A DNA stretch of 64,000 bases from Auanema rhodensis (lineage: Eukaryota > Animalia > Nematoda), in contig OZ059896.1 of NCBI GenBank assembly GCA_964057225.1, forward strand, positions 21,266,001 through 21,330,000, in the 5' to 3' direction. The notes under the pieces are model-generated. The model saw only the letters and a list, made by a program, of their open reading frames with translations. It made no database searches and was not told the origin of the DNA. This document shows positions 10,701 through 25,800 of this stretch, one piece after another. A program made the position numbers and the translations under genes. The first letter of the stretch is position 1. Every line of letters starts with the position of its first letter.

Positions 10701-13700
10701 AAAAATTAGTTATGATCGTTTGAAAAATGATGCATTAGTGTATGTTGAGTTTCCATGTACACTCAACATTGCTTCCAAAAACATTTTGACAAAAATTTTT
10801 TCGAAAAATTTCAAAATAATTTAGCAAAAAGTAGATGTTTTTAGATTCCTTTTTTCAAGGCAAAGACGATGGACAATGTTATTCAACGAAAAAAATTTTT
10901 CTTCAGGGTGAAAATCGAGGATATAAGTGTGAACTTATATCAGTTGATATCTCGGTGCATTTTCAAGCTAGCGCAAATCTGATAACACAGATCGACGCAG
11001 CTTAAAAATCCGCATCGAATGCACTATACTACATTGAGAAACGCTTAATACACAAATTAGTTATGATCGTTTGAAAAATGATGCATTAGTGTATGTTGAG
11101 TTTCCATGTACACTCAACATTGCTTCCAAAAACATTTTGACAAAAATTTTTTCGAAAAATTTCAAAATAATTTAGCAAAAAGTAGATGTTTTTAGATTCC
11201 ATTTTTCAAGGCAAAGACGATGGACAATGTTATTCAACGAAAAAATTAATTCTTCAGGGTGAAAATCGAGGATATAAGTGTGAACTTATATCAGTTGATA
11301 TCTCGGTGCATTTTTAAGCTAGCGCAAATCTGATAACACAGATCGACGCAGCTTAAAAATCCGCATCGAATGCACTATACTACATTGAGAAACGCTTAAT
11401 ACAAAAATTAGTTATGATCGTTTGAAAAATGATGCATTAGTGTATGTTGAGTTTCCATGTACACTCAACATTGCTTCCAAAAACATTTTGACAAAAATTT
11501 TTTCGAAAAATTTCAAAATAATTTAGCAAAAAGTAGATGTTTTTAGATTCCATTTTTCAAGGCAAAGACGATGGACAATGTTATTCAACGAAAAAATTAA
11601 TTCTTCAGGGTGAAAATCGAGGATATAAGTGTGAACTTATATCAGTTGATATCTCGGTGCATTTTTAAGCTAGCGCAAATCTGATAACACAGATCGACGC
11701 AGCTTAAAAATCCGCATCGAATGCACTATACTACATTGAGAAACGCTTAATACAAAAATTAGTTATGATCGTTTGAAAAATGATGCATTAGTGTATGTTG
11801 AGTTTCCATGTACACTCAACATTGCTTCCAAAAACATTTTGACAAAAATTTTTTCGAAAAATTTCAAAATAATTTAGCAAAAAGTAGATGTTTTTAGATT
11901 CCATTTTTCAAGGCAAAGACGATGGACAATGTTATTCAACGAAAAAATTAATTCTTCAGGGTGAAAATCGAGGATATAAGTGTGAACTTATATCAGTTGA
12001 TATCTCGGTGCATTTTTAAGCTAGCGCAAATCTGATAACACAGATCGACGCAGCTTAAAAATCCGCATCGAATGCACTATACTACAATGAGAAACGCTTA
12101 ATACAAAAATTAGTTATGACCGTTTGAAAAATGATGCATTAGTGTATGTTGAGTTACCATGTACACTCAACATTGCTTCCAAAAACATTTTGACAAAAAT
12201 TTTTTCGAAAAATTTCAAAATAATTTAGCAAAAAGTAGATGTTTTTAGATTCCTTTTTTCAAGGCAAAGACGATGGACAATGTTATTCAACGAAAAAATT
12301 TTTTCTTCAGGGTGAAAATCGAGGATATAAGTGTGAACTTATATCAGTTGATATCTCGGTGCATTTTTAAGCTAGCGCAAATCTGATAACACAGATCGAC
12401 GCAGCTTAAAAATCCGCATCGAATGCACTATACTACAATGAGAAACGCTTAATACAAAAATTAGTTATGACCGTTTGAAAAATGATGCATTAGTGTATGT
12501 TGAGTTACCATGTACACTCAACATTGCTTCCAAAAACATTTTGACAAAAATTTTTTCGAAAAATTTCAAAATAATTTAGCAAAAAGTAGATGTTTTTAGA
12601 TTCCTTTTTTCAAGGCAAAGACGATGGACAATGTTATTCAACGAAAAAATTTTTTCTTCAGGGTGAAAATCGAGGATATAAGTGTGAACTTATATCAGTT
12701 GATATCTCGGTGCATTTTCAAGCTAGCGCAAATCTGATAACACAGATCGACGCAGCTTAAAAATCCGCATCGAATGCACTATACTACATTGAGAAACGCT
12801 TAATACAAAAATTAGTTATGATCGTTTGAAAAATGATGCATTAGTGTATGTTGAGTTTCCATGTACACTCAACATTGCTTCCAAAAACATTTTGACAAAA
12901 ATTTTTTCGAAAAATTTCAAAATAATTTAGCAAAAAGTAGATGTTTTTAGATTCCATTTTTCAAGGCAAAGACGATGGACAATGTTATTCAACGAAAAAA
13001 TTAATTCTTCAGGATGAAAATCGAGGATATAAGTGTGAACTTATATCAGTTGATATCTCGGTGCATTTTTAAGCTAGCGCAAATCTGATAACACAGATCG
13101 ACGCAGCTTAAAAATCCGCATCGAATGCACTATACTACATTGAGAAACGCTTAATACAAAAATTAGTTATGATCGTTTGAAAAATGATGCATTAGTGTAT
13201 GTTGAGTTTCCATGTACACTCAACATTGCTTCCAAAAACATTTTGACAAAAATTTTTTCGAAAAATTTCAAAATAATTTAGCAAAAAGTAGATGTTTTTA
13301 GATTCCATTTTCCAAGGCAAAGACGATGGACAATGTTATTCAACGAAAAAATTAATTCTTCAGGGTGAAAATCGAGGATATAAGTGTGAACTTATATCAG
13401 TTGATATCTCGGTGCATTTTTAAGCTAGCGCAAATCTGATAACACAGATCGACGCAGCTTAAAATTCCGCATCGAATGCACTATACTACATTGAGAAACG
13501 CTTGATACAGAAAATAAGTTATGATCGTTTGAAAAATGATGCATTAGTGTATGTTGAGTTTCCATGTACACTCAACATTGCTTCCAAAAACATTTTGACA
13601 AAAATTTTTTCGAAAAATTTCAAAATAATTTAGCAAAAAGTAGATGTTTTTAGATTCCATTTTCCAAGGCAAAGACGATGGACAATGTTATTCAACGAAA

Positions 13701-16700
13701 AAATTAATTCTTCAGGGTGAAAATCGAGGATATAAGTGTGAACTTATATCAGTTGATATCTCGGTGCATTTTTAAGCTAGCGCAAATCTGATAACACAGA
13801 TCGACGCAGCTTAAAATTCCGCATCGAATGCACTATACTACATTGAGAAACGCTTAATACAAAAATTAGTTATGATCGTTTGAAAAATGATGCATTAGTG
13901 TATGTTGAGTTTCCATGTACACTCAACATTGCTTCCAAAAACATTTTGACAAAAATTTTTTCGAAAAATATCAAAATAATTTAGCAAAAAGTAGATGTTT
14001 TTAGATTCCATTTTTCAAGGCAAAGACGATGGACAATGTTATTCAACGAAAAAATTAATTCTTCAGGGTGAAAATCGAGGATATAAGTGTGAACTTATAT
14101 CAGTTGATATCTCGGTGCATTTTTAAGCTAGCGCAAATCTGATAACACAGATCGACGCAGCTTAAAAATCCGCATCGAATGCACTATACTACAATGAGAA
14201 ACGCTTAATACAAAAATTAGTTATGATCGTTTGAAAAATGATGCATTAGTGTATGTTGAGTTTCCATGTACACTCAACATTGCTTCCAAAAACATTTTGA
14301 CAAAAATTTTTTCGAAAAATTTCAAAATAATTAAGCAAAAAGTAGATGTTTTTAGATTCCATTTTTCAAGGCAAAGACGATGGACAATGTTATTCAACGA
14401 AAAAATTTTTCTTCAGGGTGAAAATCGAGGATATAAGTGTGAACTTATATCAGTTGATATCTCGGTGCATTTTTAAACTAGCGCAAATCTGATAACACAG
14501 ATCGACGCAGCTTAAAAATCCGCATCGAATGCACTATACTACATTGAGAAACGCTTGATACAGAAAATAAGTTATGATCGTTTGAAAAATGATGCATTAG
14601 TGTATGTTGAGTTTCCATGTACACTCAACATTGCTTCCAAAAACATTTTGACAAAAATTTTTTCGAAAAATTTCAAAATAATTTAGCAAAAAGTAGATGT
14701 TTTTAGATTCCATTTTTCAAGGCAAAGACGATGGACAATGTTATTCAACGAAAAAATTAATTCTTCAGGGTGAAAATCAAGGATATAAGTGTGAACATAT
14801 ATCAGTTGATATCTCGGTGCATTTTTAAGCTAGCGCAAATCTGATAACACAGATCGACGCAGCTTAAAAATCCGCATCGAATGCACTATACTACATTGAG
14901 AAACGCTTGATACAGAAAATAAGTTATGATCGTTTGAAAAATGATGCATTAGTGTATGTTGAGTTTCCATGTACACTCAACATTGCTTCCAAAAACATTT
15001 TGACAAAAATTTTTTCGAAAAATTTCAAAATAATTTAGCGAAAAGTAGATATTTTAAGATTCCATTTTTCAAGGCAAAGACGATGGACAATGTTATTCAA
15101 CGAAAAAATTAATTCTTCAGGGTGAAAATCGAGGATATAAGTGTGAACTTATATCAGTTGATATCTCGGTGCATTTTTTAGCTAGCGCAAATCTGATAAC
15201 ACAGATCGACGCAGCTTAAAAATCCGCATCGAATGCACTATACTACAATGAGAAACGCTTAATACAAAAATTAGTTATGATCGTTTGAAAAATGATGCAT
15301 TAGTGTATGTTGAGTTTCCATGTACACTCAACATTGCTTCCAAAAACATTTTGACAAAAATTTTTTCGAAAAATTTCAAAATAATTTAGCAAAAAGTAGA
15401 TGTTTTTAGATTCCTTTTTTCAAGGCAAAGACGATGGACAATGTTATTCAACGAAAAAAATTTTTCTTCAGGGTGAAAATCGAGGATATAAGTGTGAACT
15501 TATATCAGTTGATATCTCGGTGCATTTTCAAGCTAGCGCAAATCTGATAACACAGATCGACGCAGCTTAAAAATCCGCATCGAATGCACTATACTACATT
15601 GAGAAACGCTTAATACAAAAATTAGTTATGATCGTTTGAAAAATGATGCATTAGTGTATGTTGAGTTTCCATGTACACTCAACATTGCTTCCAAAAACAT
15701 TTTGACAAAAATTTTTTCGAAAAATTTCAAAATAATTTAGCAAAAAGTAGATGTTTTTAGATTCCATTTTTCAAGGCAAAGACGATGGACAATGTTATTC
15801 AACGAAAAAATTAATTCTTCAGGGTGAAAATCGAGGATATAAGTGTGAACTTATATCAGTTGATATCTCGGTGCATTTTTAAGCTAGCGCAAATCTGATA
15901 ACACAGATCGACGCAGCTTAAAAATCCGCATCGAATGCACTATACTACATTGAGAAACGCTTAATACAAAAATTAGTTATGATCGTTTGAAAAATGATGC
16001 ATTAGTGTATGTTGAGTTTCCATGTACACTCAACATTGCTTCCAAAAACATTTTGACAAAAATTTTTTCGAAAAATTTCAAAATAATTTAGCAAAAAGTA
16101 GATGTTTTTAGATTCCATTTTTCAAGGCAAAGACGATGGACAATGTTATTCAACGAAAAAATTAATTCTTCAGGGTGAAAATCGAGGATATAAGTGTGAA
16201 CTTATATCAGTTGATATCTCGGTGCATTTTTAAGCTAGCGCAAATCTGATAACACAGATCGACGCAGCTTAAAAATCCGCATCGAATGCACTATACTACA
16301 TTGAGAAACGCTTAATACAAAAATTAGTTATGATCGTTTGAAAAATGATGCATTAGTGTATGTTGAGTTTCCATGTACACTCAACATTGCTTCCAAAAAC
16401 ATTTTGACAAAAATTTTTTCGAAAAATTTCAAAATAATTTAGCAAAAAGTAGATGTTTTTAGATTCCATTTTTCAAGGCAAAGACGATGGACAATGTTAT
16501 TCAACGAAAAAATTAATTCTTCAGGGTGAAAATCGAGGATATAAGTGTGAACTTATATCAGTTGATATCTCGGTGCATTTTTAAGCTAGCGCAAATCTGA
16601 TAACACAGATCGACGCAGCTTAAAAATCCGCATCGAATGCACTATACTACAATGAGAAACGCTTAATACAAAAATTAGTTATGATCGTTTGAAAAATGAT

Positions 16701-16856
16701 GCATTAGTGTATGTTGAGTTTCCATGTACACTCAACATTGCTTCCAAAAACATTTTGACAAAAATTTTTTCGAAAAATTTCAAAATAATTTAGCAAAAAG
16801 TAGATGTTTTTAGATTCCATTTTTCAAGGCAAAGACGATGGACAATGTTATTCAAC
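7731..16856. repeat. Tandem duplication of a 13-monomer unit (about 4566 bp); end points approximate
   Basis: Rare alleles recur at an offset of 4565-4566: atgaCcg 7905/12471, caggAtg 8448/13014, ataattAagc about 9767/14333, tttaaActag about 9912/14477, atcAagg about 10214/14779, agcGaaaagtagatAttttAaga about 10475/15040, tttttTagct about 10614/15179. Confidence 0.85.
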
Positions 16857-19800
16857 GAAAAAATTAATTCTTCAGGGTGAAAATCGAGGATATAAGTGTG
16901 AACTTATATCAGTTGATATCTCGGTGCATTTTTAAGCTAGCGCAAATCTGATAACACAGATCGACGCAGCTTAAAAATCCGCATCGAATGCACTATACTA
17001 CATTGAGAAACGCTTAATACAAAAATTAGTTATGATCGTTTGAAAAATGATGCATTAGTGTATGTTGAGTTTCCATGTACACTCAACATTGCTTCCAAAA
17101 ACATTTTGACAAAAATTTTTTCGAAAAATTTCAAAATAATTTAGCAAAAAGTAGATGTTTTTAGATTCCATTTTTCAAGGCAAAGACGATGGACAATGTT
17201 ATTCAACGAAAAAATTAATTCTTCAGGGTGAAAATCGAGGATATAAGTGTGAACTTATATCAGTTGATATCTCGGTGCATTTTTAAGCTAGCGCAAATCT
17301 GATAACACAGATCGACGCAGCTTAAAAATCCGCATCGAATGCACTATACTACAATGAGAAACGCTTAATACAAAAATTAGTTATGATCGTTTGAAAAATG
17401 ATGCATTAGTGTATGTTGAGTTTCCATGTACACTCAACATTGCTTCCAAAAACATTTTGACAAAAATTTTTTCGAAAAATTTCAAAATAATTTAGCAAAA
17501 AGTAGATGTTTTTAGATTCCATTTTTCAAGGCAAAGACGATGGACAATGTTATTCAACGAAAAAATTAATTCTTCAGGGTGAAAATCGAGGATATAAGTG
17601 TGAACTTATATCAGTTGATATCTCGGTGCATTTTTAAGCTAGCGCAAATCTGATAACACAGATCGACGCAGCTTAAAAATCCGCATCGAATGCACTATAC
17701 TACAATGAGAAACGCTTAATACAAAAATTAGTTATGATCGTTTGAAAAATGATGCATTAGTGTATGTTGAGTTTCCATGTACACTCAACATTGCTTCCAA
17801 AAACATTTTGACAAAAATTTTTTCGAAAAATTTCAAAATAATTTAGCAAAAAGTAGATGTTTTTAGATTCCATTTTTCAAGGCAAAGACGATGGACAATG
17901 TTATTCAACGAAAAAATTAATTCTTCAGGGTGAAAATCGAGGATATAAGTGTGAACTTATATCAGTTGATATCTCGGTGCATTTTTAAGCTAGCGCAAAT
18001 CTGATAACACAGATCGACGCAGCTTAAAAATCCGCATCGAATGCACTATACTACATTGAGAAACGCTTAATACAAAAATTAGTTATGATCGTTTGAAAAA
18101 TGATGCATTAGTGTATGTTGAGTTTCCATGTACACTCAACATTGCTTCCAAAAACATTTTGACAAAAATTTTTTCGAAAAATTTCAAAATAATTTAGCAA
18201 AAAGTAGATGTTTTTAGATTCCATTTTTCAAGATAAAGACGATGGACAATGTTATTCAACGAAAAAATTAATTCTTCAGGGTGAAAATCGAGGATATAAG
18301 TGTGAACTTATATCAGTTGATATCTCGGTGCATTTTTAAGCTAGCGCAAATCTGATAACACAGATCGACGCAGCTTAAAAATCCGCATCGAATGCACTAT
18401 ACTACATTGAGAAACGCTTAATACAAAAATTAGTTATGATCGTTTGAAAAATGATGCATTAGTGTATGTTGAGTTTCCATGTACACTCAACATTGCTTCC
18501 AAAAACATTTTGACAAAAATTTTTTCGAAAAATTTCAAAATAATTTAGCAAAAAGTAGATGTTTTTAGATTCCATTTTTCAAGATAAAGACGATGGACAA
18601 TGTTATTCAACGAAAAAATTAATTCTTCAGGGTGAAAATCGAGGATATAAGTGTGAACTTATATCAGTTGATATCTCGGTGCATTTTTAAGCTAGCGCAA
18701 ATCTGATAACACAGATCGACGCAGCTTAAAAATCCGCATCGAATGCACTATACTACAATGAGAAACGCTTAATACAAAAATTAGTTATGATCGTTTGAAA
18801 AATGATGCATTAGTGTATGTTGAGTTTCCATGTACACTCAACATTGCTTCCAAAAACATTTTGACAAAAATTTTTTCGAAAAATTTCAAAATAATTTAGC
18901 AAAAAGTAGATGTTTTTAGATTCCATTTTTCAAGGCAAAGACGATGGACAATGTTATTCAACGAAAAAATTAATTCTTCAGGGTGAAAATCGAGGATATA
19001 AGTGTGAACTTATATCAGTTGATATCTCGGTGCATTTTTAAGCTAGCGCAAATCTGATAACACAGATCGACGCAGCTTAAAAATCCGCATCGAATGCACT
19101 ATACTACATTGAGAAACGCTTAATACAAAAATTAGTTATGATCGTTTGAAAAATGATGCATTAGTGTATGTTGAGTTTCCATGTACACTCAACATTGCTT
19201 CCAAAAACATTTTGACAAAAATTTTTTCGAAAAATTTCAAAATAATTTAGCAAAAAGTAGATGTTTTTAGATTCCATTTTTCAAGATAAAGACGATGGAC
19301 AATGTTATTCAACGAAAAAATTAATTCTTCAGGGTGAAAATCGAGGATATAAGTGTGAACTTATATCAGTTGATATCTCGGTGCATTTTCAAGCTAGCGC
19401 AAATCTGATAACACAGATCGACGCAGCTTAAAAATCCGCATCGAATGCACTATACTACATTGAGAAACGCTTAATACAAAAATTAGTTATGATCGTTTGA
19501 AAAATGATGCATTAGTGTATGTTGAGTTTCCATGTACACTCAACATTGCTTCCAAAAACATTTTGACAAAAATTTTTTCGAAAAATTTCAAAATAATTTA
19601 GCAAAAAGTAGATGTTTTTAGATTCCATTTTTCAAGGCAAAGACGATGGACAATGTTATTCAACGAAAAAATTAATTCTTCAGGGTGAAAATCGAGGATA
19701 TAAGTGTGAACTTATATCAGTTGATATCTCGGTGCATTTTTAAGCTAGCGCAAATCTGATAACACAGATCGACGCAGCTTAAAAATCCGCATCGAATGCA

Positions 19801-22800
19801 CTATACTACATTGAGAAACGCTTAATACAAAAATTAGTTATGATCGTTTGAAAAATGATGCATTAGTGTATGTTGAGTTTCCATGTACACTCAACATTGC
19901 TTCCAAAAACATTTTGACAAAATTTTTTTCGAAAAATTTCAAAATAATTTAGCAAAAAGTAGATGTTTTTAGATTCCATTTTTCAAGGCAAAGACGATGG
20001 ACAATGTTATTCAACGAAAAAATTAATTCTTCAGGGTGAAAATCGAGGATATAAGTGTGAACTTATATCAGTTGATATCTCGGTGCATTTTTAAGCTAGC
20101 GCAAATCTGATAACACAGATCGACGCAGCTTAAAAATCCGCATCGAATGCACTATACTACATTGAGAAACGCTTAATACAAAAATTAGTTATGATCGTTT
20201 GAAAAATGATGCATTAGTGTATGTTGAGTTTCCATGTACACTCAACATTGCTTCCAAAAACATTTTGACAAAAATTTTTTCGAAAAATTTCAAAATAATT
20301 TAGCAAAAAGTAGATGTTTTTAGATTCCATTTTTCAAGGCAAAGACGATGGACAATGTTATTCAACGAAAAAATTAATTCTTCAGGGTGAAAATCGAGGA
20401 TATAAGTGTGAACTTATATCAGTTGATATCTCGGTGCATTTTTAAGCTAGCGCAAATCTGATAACACAGATCGACGCAGCTTAAAAATCCGCATCGAATG
20501 CACTATACTACAATGAGAAACGCTTAATACAAAAATTAGTTATGATCGTTTGAAAAATGATGCATTAGTGTATGTTGAGTTTCCATGTACACTCAACATT
20601 GCTTCCAAAAACATTTTGACAAAAATTTTTTCGAAAAATTTCAAAATAATTTAGCAAAAAGTAGATGTTTTTAGATTCCATTTTTCAAGGCAAAGACGAT
20701 GGACAATGTTATTCAACGAAAAAATTAATTCTTCAGGGTGAAAATCGAGGATATAAGTGTGAACTTATATCAGTTGATATCTCGGTGCATTTTTAAGCTA
20801 GCGCAAATCTGATAACACAGATCGACGCAGCTTAAAAATCCGCATCGAATGCACTATACTACATTGAGAAACGCTTAATACAAAAATTAGTTATGATCGT
20901 TTGAAAAATGATGCATTAGTGTATGTTGAGTTTCCATGTACACTCAACATTGCTTCCAAAAACATTTTGACAAAAATTTTTTCGAAAAATTTCAAAATAA
21001 TTTAGCAAAAAGTAGATGTTTTTAGATTCCATTTTTCAAGGCAAAGACGATGGACAATGTTATTCAACGAAAAAATTAATTCTTCAGGGTGAAAATCGAG
21101 GATATAAGTGTGAACTTATATCAGTTGATATCTCGGTGCATTTTTAAGCTAGCGCAAATCTGATAACACAGATCGACGCAGCTTAAAAATCCGCATCGAA
21201 TGCACTATACTACAATGAGAAACGCTTAATACAAAAATTAGTTATGATCGTTTGAAAAATGATGCATTAGTGTATGTTGAGTTTCCATGTACACTCAACA
21301 TTGCTTCCAAAAACATTTTGACAAAAATTTTTTCGAAAAATTTCAAAATAATTTAGCAAAAAGTAGATGTTTTTAGATTCCATTTTTCAAGGCAAAGACG
21401 ATGGACAATGTTATTCAACGAAAAAATTAATTCTTCAGGGTGAAAATCGAGGATATAAGTGTGAACTTATATCAGTTGATATCTCGGTGCATTTTTAAGC
21501 TAGCGCAAATCTGATAACACAGATCGACGCAGCTTAAAAATCCGCATCGAATGCACTATACTACAATGAGAAACGCTTAATACAAAAATTAGTTATGATC
21601 GTTTGAAAAATGATGCATTAGTGTATGTTGAGTTTCCATGTACACTCAACATTGCTTCCAAAAACATTTTGACAAAAATTTTTTCGAAAAATTTCAAAAT
21701 AATTTAGCAAAAAGTAGATGTTTTTAGATTCCATTTTTCAAGGCAAAGACGATGGACAATGTTATTCAACGAAAAAATTAATTCTTCAGGGTGAAAATCG
21801 AGGATATAAGTGTGAACTTATATCAGTTGATATCTCGGTGCATTTTTAAGCTAGCGCAAATCTGATAACACAGATCGACGCAGCTTAAAAATCCGCATCG
21901 AATGCACTATACTACATTGAGAAACGCTTAATACAAAAATTAGTTATGATCGTTTGAAAAATGATGCATTAGTGTATGTTGAGTTTCCATGTACACTCAA
22001 CATTGCTTCCAAAAACATTTTGACAAAAATTTTTTCGAAAAATTTCAAAATAATTTAGCAAAAAGTAGATGTTTTTAGATTCCATTTTTCAAGGCAAAGA
22101 CGATGGACAATGTTATTCAACGAAAAAATTAATTCTTCAGGGTGAAAATCGAGGATATAAGTGTGAACTTATATCAGTTGATATCTCGGTGCATTTTTAA
22201 GCTAGCGCAAATCTGATAACACAGATCGACGCAGCTTAAAAATCCGCATCGAATGCACTATACTACAATGAGAAACGCTTAATACAAAAATTAGTTATGA
22301 TCGTTTGAAAAATGATGCATTAGTGTATGTTGAGTTTCCATGTACACTCAACATTGCTTCCAAAAACATTTTGACAAAAATTTTTTCGAAAAATTTCAAA
22401 ATAATTAAGCAAAAAGTAGATGTTTTTAGATTCCATTTTTCAAGGCAAAGACGATGGACAATGTTATTCAACGAAAAAATTTTTTCTTCAGGGTGAAAAT
22501 CGAGGATATAAGTGTGAACTTATATCAGTTGATATCTCGGTGCATTTTTAAGCTAGCGCAAATCTGATAACACAGATCGACGCAGCTTAAAAATCCGCAT
22601 CGAATGCACTATACTACATTGAGAAACGCTTGATACAGAAAATAAGTTATGATCGTTTGAAAAATGATGCATTAGTGTATGTTGAGTTTCCATGTACACT
22701 CAACATTGCTTCCAAAAACATTTTGACAAAAATTTTTTCGAAAAATTTCAAAATAATTTAGCGAAAAGTAGATGTTTTAAGATTCCATTTTTCAAGGCAA

Positions 22801-25800
22801 AGACGATGGACAATGTTATTCAACGAAAAAATTAATTCTTCAGGGTGAAAATCGAGGATATAAGTGTGAACTTATATCAGTTGATATCTCGGTGCATTTT
22901 TAAGCTAGCGCAAATCTGATAACACAGATCGACGCAGCTTAAAAATCCGCATCGAATGCACTATACTACATTGAGAAACGCTTAATACAAAAATTAGTTA
23001 TGATCGTTTGAAAAATGATGCATTAGTGTATGTTGAGTTTCCATGTACACTCAACATTGCTTCCAAAAACATTTTGACAAAAATTTTTTCGAAAAATTTC
23101 AAAATAATTTAGCAAAAAGTAGATGTTTTTAGATTCCTTTTTTCAAGGCAAAGACGATGGACAATGTTATTCAACGAAAAAATTAATTCTTCAGGGTGAA
23201 AATCGAGGATATAAGTGTGAACTTATATCAGTTGATATCTCGGTGCATTTTTAAGCTAGCGCAAATCTGATAACACAGATCGACGCAGCTTAAAAATCCG
23301 CATCGAATGCACTATACTACAATGAGAAACGCTTAATACAAAAATTAGTTATGATCGTTTGAAAAATGATGCATTAGTGTATGTTGAGTTTCCATGTACA
23401 CTCAACATTGCTTCCAAAAACATTTTGACAAAAATTTTTTCGAAAAATTTCAAAATAATTTAGCAAAAAGTAGATGTTTTTAGATTCCATTTTTCAAGGC
23501 AAAGACGATGGACAATGTTATTCAACGAAAAAATTAATTCTTCAGGGTGAAAATCGAGGATATAAGTGTGAACATATATCAGTTGATATCTCGGTGCATT
23601 TTTAAGCTAGCGCAAATCTGATAACACAGATCGACGCAGCTTAAAAATCCGCATCGAATGCACTATACTACATTGAGAAACGCTTAATACAAAAACTAGT
23701 TATGATCGTTTGAAAAATGATGCATTAGTGTATGTTGAGTTTCCATGTACACTCAACATTGCTTCCAAAAACATTTTGACAAAAATTTTTTCGAAAAATT
23801 TCAAAATAATTTAGCAAAAAGTAGATGTTTTTAGATTCCATTTTTCAAGGCAAAGACGATGGACAATGTTATTCAACGAAAAAATTAATTCTTCAGGGTG
23901 AAAATCGAGGATATAAGTGTGAACTTATATCAGTTGATATCTCGGTGCATTTTTAAGCTAGCGCAAATCTGATAACACAGATCGACGCAGCTTAAAAATC
24001 CGCATCGAATGCACTATACTACAATGAGAAACGCTTAATACAAAAATTAGTTATGATCGTTTGAAAAATGATGCATTAGTGTATGTTGAGTTTCCATGTA
24101 CACTCAACATTGCTTCCAAAAACATTTTGACAAAAATTTTTTCGAAAAATTTCAAAATAATTTAGCAAAAAGTAGATGTTTTTAGATTCCATTTTTCAAG
24201 GCAAAGACGATGGACAATGTTATTCAACGAAAAAATTAATTCTTCAGGGTGAAAATCGAGGATATAAGTGTGAACTTATATCAGTTGATATCTCGGTGCA
24301 TTTTTAAGCTAGCGCAAATCTGATAACACAGATCGACGCAGCTTAAAAATCCGCATCGAATGCACTATACTACATTGAGAAACGCTTAATACAAAAATTA
24401 GTTATGATCGTTTGAAAAATGATGCATTAGTGTATGTTGAGTTTCCATGTACACTCAACATTGCTTCCAAAAACATTTTGACAAAAATTTTTTCGAAAAA
24501 TTTCAAAATAATTTAGCAAAAAGTAGATGTTTTTAGATTCCATTTTTCAAGGCAAAGACGATGGACAATGTTATTCAACGAAAAAATTAATTCTTCAGGG
24601 TGAAAATCGAGGATATAAGTGTGAACTTATATCAGTTGATATCTCGGTGCATTTTTAAGCTAGCGCAAATCTGATAACACAGATCGACGCAGCTTAAAAA
24701 TCCGCATCGAATGCACTATACTACATTGAGAAACGCTTGATACAGAAAATAAGTTATGATCGTTTGAAAAATGATGCATTAGTGTATGTTGAGTTTCCAT
24801 GTACACTCAACATTGCTTCCAAAAACATTTTGACAAAAATTTTTTCGAAAAATTTCAAAATAATTTAGCAAAAAGTAGATGTTTTTAGATTCCATTTTTC
24901 AAGGCAAAGACGATGGACAATGTTATTCAACGAAAAAATTAATTCTTCAGGGTGAAAATCGAGGATATAAGTGTGAACTTATATCAGTTGATATCTCGGT
25001 GCATTTTTAAGCTAGCGCAAATCTGATAACACAGATCGACGCAGCTTAAAAATCCGCATCGAATGCACTATACTACATTGAGAAACGCTTAATACAAAAA
25101 TTAGTTATGATCGTTTGAAAAATGATGCATTAGTGTATGTTGAGTTTCCATGTACACTCAACATTGCTTCCAAAAACATTTTGACAAAAATTTTTTCGAA
25201 AAATTTCAAAATAATTTAGCAAAAAGTAGATGTTTTTAGATTCCTTTTTTCAAGGCAAAGACGATGGACTATGTTATTCAACGAAAAAATTTTTTCTTCA
25301 GGGTGAAAATCGAGGATATAAGTGTGAACTTATATCAGTTGATATCTCGGTGCATTTTTAAGCTAGCGCAAATCTGATAACACAGATCGACGCAGCTTAA
25401 AAATCCGCATCGAATGCACTATACTACATTGAGAAACGCTTAATACAAAAATTAGTTATGATTGTTTGAAAAATGATGCATTAGTGTATGTTGAGTTTCC
25501 ATGTACACTCAACATTGCTTCCAAAAACATTTTGACAAAAATTTTTTCGAAAAATTTCAAAATAATTTAGCAAAAAGTAGATGTTTTTAGATTCCATTTT
25601 TCAAGGCAAAGACGATGGACAATGTTATTCAACGAAAAAATTAATTCTTCAGGGTGAAAATCGAGGATATAAGTGTGAACTTATATCAGTTGATATCTCG
25701 GTGCATTTTTAAGCTAGCGCAAATCTGATAACACAGATCGACGCAGCTTAAAAATCCGCATCGAATGCACTATACTACATTGAGAAACGCTTGATACAGA

